Positions 29,937-40,358 are shown, counted from the stretch's first letter. The stretch: DNA of 49,885 nt from Minisyncoccota bacterium (GCA_020629675.1 JAHDCW010000001.1:1-49885); one strand, 5' to 3'. A program made the numbers and translations. Notes: generated from the sequence alone by a model not told the origin.

Positions 29937-32027
29937 TCAAAAAGGTGACTCATAATTTAACCCCGTCTTAGACGAGGGCGCCATAGACTTGGACGGAGAT
30001 CCTCCAAAAATACCCCCATCTCTCTTCACATTACCCCTCTGATAAGCTCCGTAACGCACTTCACGATCTGAAAATGGCCACAACACTCCATAATTAAGAC
30101 CTCGAGAATCATTAATCCATACATTTTCAAAGTTATATCTTTCTGGACTAGCCGAATAAGTCAATCCTAGCGTTTTAGGACTTGCATCATTTATATATCG
30201 AGGATCGTGGCCGTATTCGACATTGCGCAGCATGAAGTCTTTGACTTTTAGACCAAGCCAAGCATGAGCTACAATTCCATTGGATGTGCCAAGCGCAGTT
30301 ACATTTTCAAAAAATAACTCACCTGGGACCTCGCCATAACCTTGGTTTTGGAAGAGGTCTCCATGAATACCCTCTGGTTTTCCTGTTTTGTATTCATCAG
30401 AATCATAGCCATCGTAACCAGCGCACCGCGTATTAACAACATGAAACTTACTTTTATCCTGCAATTCTTTCGCAAGATCTTTATTAGCTGATGAGCGACT
30501 ACCAGGACTTTGATTATGGCGCATAACAAAACAGTCAGCTTCCATGCCATTCATTTCAATTTTCACCCCCTCAACAAACGTCGTATCAGATTGTTCCAGA
30601 CGAATTGCAATATTACCCGGCAAGCGTGGATTGTAATTCTCACCTCTCAAGCCTTTGTTCGTAGCCTCGCCAACCCCGCACCCATTCTGAATAGCCAAAT
30701 CCAAGTCTAGACCCAAAAGATGTGCATTGCGCCCGCCCCTTATCCAAACAGGATACTTAAGCGGCCCAGAACCTTCTCCCATAACAACCTTTACGTCACG
30801 CTTAGGATCAACGGTAAACTGATAAATAAACCCCTCGCAACCATAACGACCATGATCTGCCATAAAAACAGGCTCCGTATCCTGCGATATCCTAATAATT
30901 TGAGGATTAGACAGATTTGGCGGCTTAATTGTATTACTCCATACAGCGGAAGGAGAAAAATCATTACCCTCCATACCCACGCTACTGCGAAAGATATAAT
31001 CAACTTTATTCCACTGACCGTTTGTCAGCTTATAGTTTAGACTTAGATAAACATCACGCTCAGGAGGTATCTCACCCACCAATACCTCTGTTATATTTGG
31101 ACTCAGACGCTGACTCTCAAAGTATTCACGCCCACCAAATGAGCTCCCAGCTCTTATAATCCACTCACTAACTAGTGTTTTATTTGCACTGAAAACTATT
31201 GCTTCTGAGCTAAAATCCACAACATCCCCATCTTTGTGACTGGTAATCTCAGGCACACTCACAACTTCAAAACTACCAACCTCAGATAAAGCTACTTCAC
31301 CGCTTTCACTAACTGATTTTACGCGATAAAAATAACGCGTATCTAACTTTAAATCTTTTAAAATATGCTGATGTTGCAGTAGCCCATTAGAGGATTCCTC
31401 GGAAGCCTGATTCAAAGAGTTTTGCGCAGTGCCATACAAGACAATCCCATTTGCATTAGCAGAAGTCGCCCATGACACTTCCGCAACTTCATCCACAATG
31501 TTAACTGCAGGTTGACCCTCTATCTCAAAAGCCTTTAAATCGCCACCGATCACCTCACCTACAGGAACATTATATGAAATCAAGCCCTCACAGTGAAGCC
31601 ATTCTGACTTCTTATTACCATCAGTACACCCTTGCCCGCGGGACCATGTACCAGTAGAGAATGTGGAGCTATGCTCTGTTTCGTACTTTTTCCCGTTCAC
31701 CTTAATATAATCAACTCTCACATCCTGCCTAGGCGCTTCATTGATATAAGAAACCGTTAGCTCACCTACCTCAAGAGATGACTTTGGGGTGAAGATATAA
31801 TTTTGATAGTCCTGAGAAAGCTGCCACTGTCCCATTTCTTTCTTATTAATCTCAAGAGAGATCCATTCATTACCTGATGTGCCTCGCGCCCTAATAAGAA
31901 CATCAGAAAACTGCGCATCTGCTACAGCGATTGCCTTGTGAGATATCAGCGCTGCGAGAAAAAGAGCTGCAAGAGTGATAAGTGTAGAGAGGAAACCTCT
32001 CTCTTCAGTTGTTCCTATAAAACGCAA
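29937..32027 (-). CDS. Secreted multidomain protein: CBM-like module + FN3 + unassigned C-terminal domain
   Basis: TTG start 2 nt after the stop of the 2746-aa gene. Signal peptide FLSTLITLAALFLAALISHKAIAVADA. IRARGTSGNEWISL...VRVDYIKVNG resembles Ca-dependent CBM60-type modules. YFYRVKSVSESGE is an FN3-type strand. Confidence 0.55.
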   Translation of the reverse strand: MRFIGTTEERGFLSTLITLAALFLAALISHKAIAVADAQFSDVLIRARGTSGNEWISLEINKKEMGQWQLSQDYQNYIFTPKSSLEVGELTVSYINEAPRQDVRVDYIKVNGKKYETEHSSTFSTGTWSRGQGCTDGNKKSEWLHCEGLISYNVPVGEVIGGDLKAFEIEGQPAVNIVDEVAEVSWATSANANGIVLYGTAQNSLNQASEESSNGLLQHQHILKDLKLDTRYFYRVKSVSESGEVALSEVGSFEVVSVPEITSHKDGDVVDFSSEAIVFSANKTLVSEWIIRAGSSFGGREYFESQRLSPNITEVLVGEIPPERDVYLSLNYKLTNGQWNKVDYIFRSSVGMEGNDFSPSAVWSNTIKPPNLSNPQIIRISQDTEPVFMADHGRYGCEGFIYQFTVDPKRDVKVVMGEGSGPLKYPVWIRGGRNAHLLGLDLDLAIQNGCGVGEATNKGLRGENYNPRLPGNIAIRLEQSDTTFVEGVKIEMNGMEADCFVMRHNQSPGSRSSANKDLAKELQDKSKFHVVNTRCAGYDGYDSDEYKTGKPEGIHGDLFQNQGYGEVPGELFFENVTALGTSNGIVAHAWLGLKVKDFMLRNVEYGHDPRYINDASPKTLGLTYSASPERYNFENVWINDSRGLNYGVLWPFSDREVRYGAYQRGNVKRDGGIFGGSPSKSMAPSSKTGLNYESPF

Positions 32028-32029
32028 AA

Positions 32030-35000
32030 TTAGATCCTACACATCATATCAACCCCTGTCTCAGCAAGGACACACTCACTTTTGATGAGCCCAAAGTCTA
32101 CCTTTGTTGTGTCGTCTCCACACTCTTCGATGTGAATCTGTGTGCGATTATCTGGATTTTTTGACGATCCTGAATCAAAGGAGATGATCATATCCTCGAT
32201 GTCTTTGTCATCGATCACAACCGTGTAGTACCCCACACCTATTGTGCGCAGCTCATATTTACCACCATCACTTGTTGTGTCACGGTCAATCGTATTACCC
32301 TCTCGATCTTTAAGCTTTACTTCAATACCAGACAGCGGCAAGTCTATATCAGGATCATACTTACCATTACAGTTCATATCCTCAAAGATCCGATTACCAA
32401 TTGTCGCCTCATCACCTTCGGCACACTGACCGAACTGGTTGTAGGCAAAATCATTATCATAAGATGCCGGATCTTCCTCTGTAATTGTCGTTTCTGTGAG
32501 CGCGTCAAGAATCTGATCAACATCAAATGACTGACTTAACTCTGCAGGAATATCCGTCTCATCGATGACGATGCGGTAGTCACCATATGGGAGGTTATCG
32601 TAATAGTAATTTCCATCTTCATCAGTCGTGGTCGTAAACAACACCTCGCCACCATTTTCTGTCTGGAAATAAATATTGATATCGACATTTGCAAGCGGCT
32701 CTTCACTGCTATCAAAATCATCATCACCATCCACATCAATCCAGAGAGTTCCTGCTACGACACCGTTACCAGTTATTACTTCTGCATCATCCTCATCTAT
32801 TGGTGCGGTTGGGTTTTCATAGTCAGTACCGTCCTCATCCGTAGGTGTGCCCGTTGTCTCTGCTATATTTACATGAATCAATCCAATTGGCACATCGATC
32901 TCCACAGTACACACGACCACCTCTTCGGGCGCTACAGGACCTGCAAGTGCTGGGCATGTGGCGGCATCAACCGTGAAATCATCTGTCTCATCCGTTGGTG
33001 TGCCATTGTCATCATTTACGACGATGTCCTTGAGGTGCGACTCACCTGTATTGGTAACCGTGTAGGTAAAGATGACTGGCTCTCCAATGTGCACATATCC
33101 ATCTCCGTCCGGTGCATCCCCAGCTGTTTTGACGATGTTGACACTTGATGATAGCGTGTCCACCTCAGCCTCATCTTCATCTGTTGGCATATGACCATCT
33201 GGCGTCTCGCCGGTAACACGCGCGTAGTTGATGAAATCTTCTGGCGCTGATTCAAGTGTGCACGTGTACGTTTCGCTAGCACCAGCAGCAAGGCTCGCAA
33301 ACGTGTTGTCACAATTTGGCGCATTTGGGTCCGACACAACCACATCTGTAAGCTCTACAGATCCAGTATTTCTGACAATAATCTGAAATGTCACAGCAGA
33401 TCCTTCTGGTAGCACAACCATCTCACCGTACTCACCAGTAGCTGGATCTAGCACTTGCTTATCAATCTCTACCCCATACGTTTGATGCTCAGCATCATCA
33501 TCATCTTCAGGCTCATTATCCTCCGGTGTCATACCAGTTACAGCAATGATATTGGTTAACGTCTGATCAGTAGCTATAGTTGTACATGTATATGTTTCAC
33601 TGCCGCCAACTGGAATTACCGCAAATGTGTTATCACAATCAGGAACAAGCGGATCAACAACATTGACGTTGGTAAGATCAACTGTACCAGTATTGGTAAC
33701 AACGATTTGGTACGTCACTGTATCCCCTACGGGAATCTCCACATCTTCCAAAAAATCACCAGTATCAGGATCTTGGACACGCTTATCTATATCAAGACTA
33801 TACACGTCAGCCTCTGCATCATCATCATCTTCTGGAGTATTACCATCCGGTGTTTCACCAGTTACGTCTGCGACATTGGTCAGAGCATCTTCTAATGGGT
33901 TGAGTGTACATGTGTAAGTCTCACTTGCACCTGCAGCTAGAGTCGCAATGACAGTATCGCAATTAGGAACTTGCGGATCAGAAACTGTTACATTTGTGAG
34001 CTCGACAGAACCAGTATTTGTCACGATAATCTGAAATGTCACTTCATCACCATCAGGAATTTCGGTATATTCCTCAAATTGTCCCGTAACAGGATTCAAC
34101 ACCTGCTTATCGATATTAATACCATATGTCTGATGTTCAGCATCATCATCGTCTTCCGGCTCATTAGACCCGGGCGTTTCACCAGTTGCTGTAACTGTAT
34201 TAGTTACCGTTTGATCTGTTGCTGTTGTTGTACATGTATAGATCTCTTGAGCACCTGCTGCGAGAGTTGCAAATGTATTATCACACGCCGGAACAGTCGG
34301 ATCGACTACCTCAACATTTGAGAGATCAATACTACCTGTATTGACGACTCTAATCTGATACGTTACCGTGTCCCCCACAGGAATCTCAGTATCTTCGACG
34401 AAATCCCCAGTTATTGGATCTTGCACTAACTTCTCAATAGCTAAACCGTACACACCTGCTTCCGCGTCGTCATCATCTGTCGGCATATTACCCTCTGGTG
34501 TTTCACCTGTTGCGCGCGCTATGTTTACAATTGCATCATCAAGCGGATTAAGCGTACACGTATATGTCTCTGTTGCACCCGCTGCGAGAGTTGCAAACGT
34601 GTTATCACAATTAGGAGCATTTGGATCAGTCACCTCCACATTTGCAAGGTCTACGGAGCCAGTATTTGTTACGGCGATTTGGAACATCACCTCTTCACCA
34701 GTCGGGATCTCCGTGTAATCAAGATAAGAATCAGTACCAGCATCGTATACTAATTTTTCTATTTCGATACCATATGTCTGGTGCTCAGCATCATCATCAT
34801 CTTCCGGTTCGTTAGCATTTGGTGTTTCACCAGTTGCAGTTGCTGTATTTACAACTGTTTGATCTGTTGCCGTTGTCGTACACGTGTACGTTTCACTAGC
34901 TCCAGCTGTGATCGTCGCAAACGTATTATCACAATCAGGAACAAGCGGATCAGTCACATTTACATTTGTGAGATCTACAGTACCAGTATTGGTAACTATA

Positions 35001-38000
35001 ATCTGATACGTCACTGTATCTCCCACCGGTATTTCTGTGAACTCTACAAAATCTCCCGTATTCGGGTCCTGGACACGCTTATCGACAGTCAAGCCATAAA
35101 CATCTGCCTCCGCATCATCATCATCGTTTGGATTGTTACCTCCTGGCGTCTCACCTGTTACGCTAGCAGTATTTACAAGGTTATCACCGAGGGAGACCAT
35201 TTCACACGTATAGGTTTCACTTGCACCTGCTGCGAGAGTTGCAAATGTATTGTCACAATCAGGCACTTGCGCATCTGTTACTGTGACATTTGTGAGATCC
35301 ACGGAACCTATATTTGTCACAACAATCTGATACTGAGCTGTATCGCCCACTGGCACCTCCGCATAATCTACATATGTGTCTGTTGCTGGGTCATAGACGA
35401 GTTTTTGGATTTCAACACCGTATGTCTGCGCCTCTGCATCATCATCATCGTCTGGCGTGTTACCGTTTGGTGTCTCACCCTCTGCTTCGGCTGTGTTGGT
35501 AAATGGTACCAGCACCTCAGCATAGGTACATGTATATGTTACAGAGTCATCAAAAGGAAGTGATGCAATAGTCGTATTACACGCCGGAACAGTCGGATCA
35601 GTCACGCTAACATTTGTCAGATCTACAGTTCCTGTGTTGCGCACTGTGATCTGATATGTTGCTGGATCACCCACTGGGATCTCTGCCACCTCTACAAAGT
35701 TGCCGGTTGCAGGATCTTGAATCAACTTTTCAATTTCAATACCAAACGTCTCCACATTTGCATCATCACTATCATCAATCTCAGAACCAGACGCTGTCGT
35801 ACCAGTCGAAGTTGCCACATTGGTGTAAGCCCCATCAATTGCAACATCACACGTGGTAACGATTACCTCCCCAGGTTCAAATGGGTCGGCTCCGGATACA
35901 CCCAGTGCAGTCGTGTCCTGACTACATGAGGGAAATGTATCATCATCAAGCTCTAATTGCTCAAACGCTGTTGAACCAGTATTTGTAATAGTGAAACGAA
36001 AAGTTGCATCGTCATCAAGTGCAATCTCAGCCGCAGCTACATCAAGCCACTGATCAAGTAGCGGGTCATAAACTTCCTTGAGGATGCTAATGTCAAAGAG
36101 AGGTGCAGATGCATCATCATCGTCGTCAACTGGGTCCTGACCATCAGTAGGATCTCCTGTTACAGATGCGGTGTTAGGATTCACATCAGCTGTAATCGTC
36201 CCAGTACACGTGTATGTATAGATCTGCCCAGGATCGAGCACGCCATCGTTCGCACCATTTTGATCAGGTAGCGTGAGATCACAGTTTGGCAAATCAGGAT
36301 CCGTTACTGCGACATTATCAAGAGCTACCTCACCTGTGTTTGTCACCACCATCTGATAGGTAAGCTCTGTGCCAGGTGCCTGCTCCGGGATGGTATCCAC
36401 AAAATCTCCCGTGTCGGGATCTTGCACACGCTTATCGATATTTATGCTAACAGGAGGTTGATAGAAACCAAAGTCTACTGTGAGATTATCATTGGCATCA
36501 GCTGCATTTCTACTTATACCATTATCAACATCAATACTGTCAATTTCTTCTTGTAGAGGCTCCGTACCGATATCTAGAGTCAAAATACCAGACTCGTAGT
36601 CACCTGCACCCGTTGGAATAGCATCATGATTTTCTGTTTCATTATCATCATCATTTGGGTCTGTGCTTGGGTTAACTGATCCAACATATGTATAAAGCGC
36701 ACCACCCGGCAGGAAATTTGATGCCAGCACACGCACTCTATAGTCACCAGTAAATGCAATGTTCTGAAAAACATACCGACCATTACCATCTGTTGTTGCT
36801 GTATCTATAACTGCACCATCTGATTCGCGAACGAGCTCCAGGTCAACCCCAGCCAGCTTTGTATCCCCTGTATCAAATAGATCATTTCTATTTGCATCAA
36901 TAAACACGAGATCCCCAATCGATGCTGTGTACACCTCAGTGTACACCGGGTTTGATCGCGCTGGTAACGACAATATGCTTGGAGGCACTTTTACACTGTA
37001 GTCATTTGCATAGAAATCGCCAGGAGTATTAGCATCTGTGCTGATTGTCACTCGAAACGATTGCTTGCCAGCACCGGGCGTTGCCGGAACAGTTGACGCA
37101 TCTCCTGCAAATAAGTTTTCTCCATAAATTCGAAATGAAGTTGCATCAGATAATCCCGTTGGACATCCTGGTGATCCAAGTGCTGGTGCTCCATATGGAT
37201 CTAGAGCTGTGTCATCTGTGCACCACAAAGTACTTCCTCCTGGGATAGCATTAGTTGGATCTGATGAATCTGCTGTAATCGTAGCAGGATCAGCATTTGT
37301 GAGATAGAGCGCATATGGCTGATTACTAGGATCTGCCGTAATCGAAAGAATCTCAAATCCACCAGTAAAATCAGATGGCGTAGTACGCGTATCGCCATTA
37401 AATGGCAACGTATCAATTAAGTCATACCAATCTACATCATCATTAGCAATATTAGCAAATACAAGCTCATATGTAATGTCTTCATTAATGAATATGAGCG
37501 TGTCCTCTACGCGCTTAACTACTGCAAATGCTCCTAGCTGAATAATTACTATACCATCTGTGTCACTTCTCGCTGATTCTATTGCGGAATCCTCAGGGTC
37601 AGAAATGATCGCGGTATTTTCAATATTTGTACCATTCGCAGCATCAATTGGCGTTGTCGTAACAAAACTAAGCGTTGGCAAATTTGTACGATCGAGCTCA
37701 ACAACTCCCAGAACCCACTTTAGACCCAAAACATCAGACCCAAGCACTGGCTCTGTCGTCGTCCAATGACTTGCATCATCTCGGTCACATGGCGCCACAA
37801 CACAATACTCCACTAAATGAGTCGCTCCATTATCATCAATAAAGCTAGCAGGCATCGCAGAACCGGTTACGTAGGTCAGCGTTGAGTCAAGCACATCTAC
37901 TATTTGCACATCCTGAGCAGGATCACCCGGCTCACCGCTAATGGATGTAACAGTTGGCCTCAGATTCCATGTAACATCAGTTCCTCCTAAATGATTAGCT

Positions 38001-40270
38001 CCAGAACCAGGCTGCGCCTCAAGAGCCTCCTTTTCTATACGTACCTGAAGATTTGTCGCAAATAGACGGTCACCATTACCCACCCCAGAATGCGTCTCTG
38101 GATTATAATTTCGCGCACCCTGTCGGAGAATATCATCCTTATCAATAAAGCTATAGTAGGCTTGATTTGCTATCTCTGTACCCAAGGCAAGCCCCGGTTG
38201 AGCCTCATGCATCACATAAGCTTGAAAATATTTTCCAGCTGGCAAAATAGACCGTTCTTTCCACGGCAAATTTGGGTCGATATCAGGATGTTCGATTCTG
38301 ACACGAAATTTAGTAATATCATCCACAGCTACTCCAGCTGGCAATACCGCACTCAAATCGCCGAACTCAGGCACTTGAATCCAGTCGTCACCATCACTAT
38401 TACCATCACCATTAATATCAAGCGCATCACTGTCGTCACATGTACCATTTCTTTGAGCAGTCCAGCCAGCTGTATTAGCACCTCCCCAATTCCCGGGAGC
38501 CCCCCCATCAACTCCAGCAGCAACTTCCAAGACAACATTTGCGGAAGTTATATTTGAGTAAGTTTGGTCAACATTTGAACCTCCCACTCGTATGTAATGC
38601 ATGCGATTTGTCTGACTACTTGGCGAAAGGAAAAAGGTAGTCGGATCAATCTTATCACACATATACGCCTCGCGATTCGTGTATACGGATGTGTTATTCA
38701 AAGACACTAAGGTAGACCACTGACTTCCCGCCATAGCTTGACCATTACCAGCTCCGACACCAGTTGCATTTGTTGGGGCCGTCCAATACCTTGCATCTGG
38801 ATCATCATAGACCTCCCCAGGAACTCCCTTTCTATAATACTTACTCCATCCCGTGCCCCCACCGATTGCTGTAAATTCTAGCGTGTTTTTGCGATCACCT
38901 GTATTTTGATCATCCTCAGTTGGCTCTGTACCACTACCATAATTTGAAAGTCCATCCGTGTCAGTCGGATCAAAATTGGTTAGCGTGTCCGATGTTGGAT
39001 ATTCACCATCATCATCAGTTCCCTCTATACCATCAGGTCCAAGTTCAATCTGTTCAATCGGAATCCAAATTTCAAGCCAGCCAGAACTAAACCATGTTTG
39101 ATCCGCGGCAATAGCACCACCTGTCCAGTGAGTGTCCGGGAACTCATCTGGTCCCCAATCAGCGTTTGTGATTGTGACATCAATGTTAGTACCTGTTTGT
39201 GTGCAAGAATAATTACCGGAGTCACTTGTCGATCTGTACTGCCCCCATATATCCGCTTTACCCAATGGCACAGCACCATAATCAAGACTGTTTTGTCCTG
39301 CGTATCCACATCCGCCATGTGCACCCCAGTCATAAAGAAGTGATCCCGCTGGAAAACCGGAAATATCATCCGTAAAGGTGACAACATTTGGATCAATTAC
39401 TCCATTACCATTAGCATCATCTCCAGGATCGATGACACCATCTCCATTTTCATCATAATCTCCAAGAATAGATAATCCACGAGGATCCCCGCCGCCCGCA
39501 ACAATACCTGTCCTAATGCCGTAAACGACACCTATCTGATCCTCTCCTGTCGTATTTCGTGGATCAGATGCTGGTAGTACACGCGGTGTATTACGAGATG
39601 CACCATGTTTCCAAAGATCATAACGCGGCGCAGAAGCATTAGTGATAGGATCAGAAAAGAAAGGATCGGTTTCAACAACGATATCATCATTATCGTCAAG
39701 GTCACAGACCGTGTACTTAATGCCAAAGCGCGTCCCATTTGGAACCGACCCACTTGTTTTAACCTCAGCATTAATAAAGGCAGTGGTACCGTTAAGTACG
39801 GAACCAATACTACATGTCAATGTTTGATTGTCTGGCCCTGTATTACCTGAACAACCAGGAGGTAACTGCACAAACTGCACTCCCTCATGAGCGGGATTAC
39901 CCGTAGGATTGCCTGCAGCATCAAACTCCACCAACTCAGCTTTAAGAGTTAGGTTATTAGCATCCTCCCCATTGACGTTGTATTCAAGTTTAAACGTAGA
40001 GACATCATTTGACCGTGCATAATGCCCAAATCCTAAAAATCCATCCTCCTGCGCAGGCGAGCCATCCTCACCAGGATCCACCAAACCATCCCCATCGTAG
40101 TCCACAAAGGGTGCAGAACCAGAACTTACAATTGTCATATTTGAATCAACGGTTGGCGCAGCGTAAGCGATGTATGGGACATGTTGAAGCACAAAAGCAA
40201 AACACAAAAGCGACAACAAAAAAGATTTTGCTTTTTTTCGCACTTTTTGGGGGAAACAAAAAGAATGCAT
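32030..40270 (-). CDS. Giant (2746-aa) secreted adhesin-like protein with DUF11/TIGR01451-type repeats and SdrD-B-like domains
   Basis: Signal peptide LLSLLCFAFVLQHVPYIAYA. About 12 units of the form Y.I.VTNTG.V.L.NV.V.D...P.C....A.L..G.S.TYTC. Three GNR(V/I)F.D.N..G-type SdrD-B units. LAETG lies 13 aa from the C-terminus. Confidence 0.85.
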   Translation of the reverse strand: MHSFCFPQKVRKKAKSFLLSLLCFAFVLQHVPYIAYAAPTVDSNMTIVSSGSAPFVDYDGDGLVDPGEDGSPAQEDGFLGFGHYARSNDVSTFKLEYNVNGEDANNLTLKAELVEFDAAGNPTGNPAHEGVQFVQLPPGCSGNTGPDNQTLTCSIGSVLNGTTAFINAEVKTSGSVPNGTRFGIKYTVCDLDDNDDIVVETDPFFSDPITNASAPRYDLWKHGASRNTPRVLPASDPRNTTGEDQIGVVYGIRTGIVAGGGDPRGLSILGDYDENGDGVIDPGDDANGNGVIDPNVVTFTDDISGFPAGSLLYDWGAHGGCGYAGQNSLDYGAVPLGKADIWGQYRSTSDSGNYSCTQTGTNIDVTITNADWGPDEFPDTHWTGGAIAADQTWFSSGWLEIWIPIEQIELGPDGIEGTDDDGEYPTSDTLTNFDPTDTDGLSNYGSGTEPTEDDQNTGDRKNTLEFTAIGGGTGWSKYYRKGVPGEVYDDPDARYWTAPTNATGVGAGNGQAMAGSQWSTLVSLNNTSVYTNREAYMCDKIDPTTFFLSPSSQTNRMHYIRVGGSNVDQTYSNITSANVVLEVAAGVDGGAPGNWGGANTAGWTAQRNGTCDDSDALDINGDGNSDGDDWIQVPEFGDLSAVLPAGVAVDDITKFRVRIEHPDIDPNLPWKERSILPAGKYFQAYVMHEAQPGLALGTEIANQAYYSFIDKDDILRQGARNYNPETHSGVGNGDRLFATNLQVRIEKEALEAQPGSGANHLGGTDVTWNLRPTVTSISGEPGDPAQDVQIVDVLDSTLTYVTGSAMPASFIDDNGATHLVEYCVVAPCDRDDASHWTTTEPVLGSDVLGLKWVLGVVELDRTNLPTLSFVTTTPIDAANGTNIENTAIISDPEDSAIESARSDTDGIVIIQLGAFAVVKRVEDTLIFINEDITYELVFANIANDDVDWYDLIDTLPFNGDTRTTPSDFTGGFEILSITADPSNQPYALYLTNADPATITADSSDPTNAIPGGSTLWCTDDTALDPYGAPALGSPGCPTGLSDATSFRIYGENLFAGDASTVPATPGAGKQSFRVTISTDANTPGDFYANDYSVKVPPSILSLPARSNPVYTEVYTASIGDLVFIDANRNDLFDTGDTKLAGVDLELVRESDGAVIDTATTDGNGRYVFQNIAFTGDYRVRVLASNFLPGGALYTYVGSVNPSTDPNDDDNETENHDAIPTGAGDYESGILTLDIGTEPLQEEIDSIDVDNGISRNAADANDNLTVDFGFYQPPVSINIDKRVQDPDTGDFVDTIPEQAPGTELTYQMVVTNTGEVALDNVAVTDPDLPNCDLTLPDQNGANDGVLDPGQIYTYTCTGTITADVNPNTASVTGDPTDGQDPVDDDDDASAPLFDISILKEVYDPLLDQWLDVAAAEIALDDDATFRFTITNTGSTAFEQLELDDDTFPSCSQDTTALGVSGADPFEPGEVIVTTCDVAIDGAYTNVATSTGTTASGSEIDDSDDANVETFGIEIEKLIQDPATGNFVEVAEIPVGDPATYQITVRNTGTVDLTNVSVTDPTVPACNTTIASLPFDDSVTYTCTYAEVLVPFTNTAEAEGETPNGNTPDDDDDAEAQTYGVEIQKLVYDPATDTYVDYAEVPVGDTAQYQIVVTNIGSVDLTNVTVTDAQVPDCDNTFATLAAGASETYTCEMVSLGDNLVNTASVTGETPGGNNPNDDDDAEADVYGLTVDKRVQDPNTGDFVEFTEIPVGDTVTYQIIVTNTGTVDLTNVNVTDPLVPDCDNTFATITAGASETYTCTTTATDQTVVNTATATGETPNANEPEDDDDAEHQTYGIEIEKLVYDAGTDSYLDYTEIPTGEEVMFQIAVTNTGSVDLANVEVTDPNAPNCDNTFATLAAGATETYTCTLNPLDDAIVNIARATGETPEGNMPTDDDDAEAGVYGLAIEKLVQDPITGDFVEDTEIPVGDTVTYQIRVVNTGSIDLSNVEVVDPTVPACDNTFATLAAGAQEIYTCTTTATDQTVTNTVTATGETPGSNEPEDDDDAEHQTYGINIDKQVLNPVTGQFEEYTEIPDGDEVTFQIIVTNTGSVELTNVTVSDPQVPNCDTVIATLAAGASETYTCTLNPLEDALTNVADVTGETPDGNTPEDDDDAEADVYSLDIDKRVQDPDTGDFLEDVEIPVGDTVTYQIVVTNTGTVDLTNVNVVDPLVPDCDNTFAVIPVGGSETYTCTTIATDQTLTNIIAVTGMTPEDNEPEDDDDAEHQTYGVEIDKQVLDPATGEYGEMVVLPEGSAVTFQIIVRNTGSVELTDVVVSDPNAPNCDNTFASLAAGASETYTCTLESAPEDFINYARVTGETPDGHMPTDEDEAEVDTLSSSVNIVKTAGDAPDGDGYVHIGEPVIFTYTVTNTGESHLKDIVVNDDNGTPTDETDDFTVDAATCPALAGPVAPEEVVVCTVEIDVPIGLIHVNIAETTGTPTDEDGTDYENPTAPIDEDDAEVITGNGVVAGTLWIDVDGDDDFDSSEEPLANVDINIYFQTENGGEVLFTTTTDEDGNYYYDNLPYGDYRIVIDETDIPAELSQSFDVDQILDALTETTITEEDPASYDNDFAYNQFGQCAEGDEATIGNRIFEDMNCNGKYDPDIDLPLSGIEVKLKDREGNTIDRDTTSDGGKYELRTIGVGYYTVVIDDKDIEDMIISFDSGSSKNPDNRTQIHIEECGDDTTKVDFGLIKSECVLAETGVDMMCRI
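33155..35746 (-). repeat. Eight strictly in-phase 324-nt (108-codon) coding units alternating between two subtypes (648-nt higher-order period)
   Basis: Unit starts (F/Y codon) are at 35746, 35422 (inferred from the 324-nt spacing; this boundary was not located directly in the sequence), 35098, 34774, 34450, 34126, 33802 and 33478. Odd units end ...EPEDDDDAE(H/A)QT and carry TTTATDQTV. Even units end ...DDDDAEA.V and carry TLNPL.DA. Confidence 0.85.
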
Positions 40271-40358
40271 AATAATATATTGGGGAAATAATATATTAAT
40301 TATACCTCAGTTTTATAGCCTCTCGAGACGAAGAGTTGTCCACAGATATATGCGCATC

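Noticed and set aside
32025-32110. LAETG of the giant protein plus the hydrophobic stretch and HK of the next ORF could be one sorting signal split by a frameshift or read-through.
   Set aside because: The frames differ, with stops in the connecting frames. The hydrophobic stretch is followed by an AVADA cleavage-type site and 650 more residues. It is therefore the signal peptide of a separate protein.
34781-35563. Long plus-strand ORFs lie antisense to the big minus-strand genes, for example 34781-35563 (260 aa), 4124-4696, 8641-9063, 18244-18795, 41391-41903 and 49382-49837.
   Set aside because: They lie opposite strongly supported genes and have low-complexity, Cys/Ile/Ser/His-rich translations with no motifs. 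They repeat only because the sense strand repeats, so they are shadow ORFs.
17925-36460. Regular ~105-nt and 324-nt periodicities could be mistaken for CRISPR-like or satellite arrays.
   Set aside because: All periodic units lie in frame inside long ORFs and encode recognisable protein repeats. There are no short conserved repeats alternating with unique spacers, and no cas genes are present.
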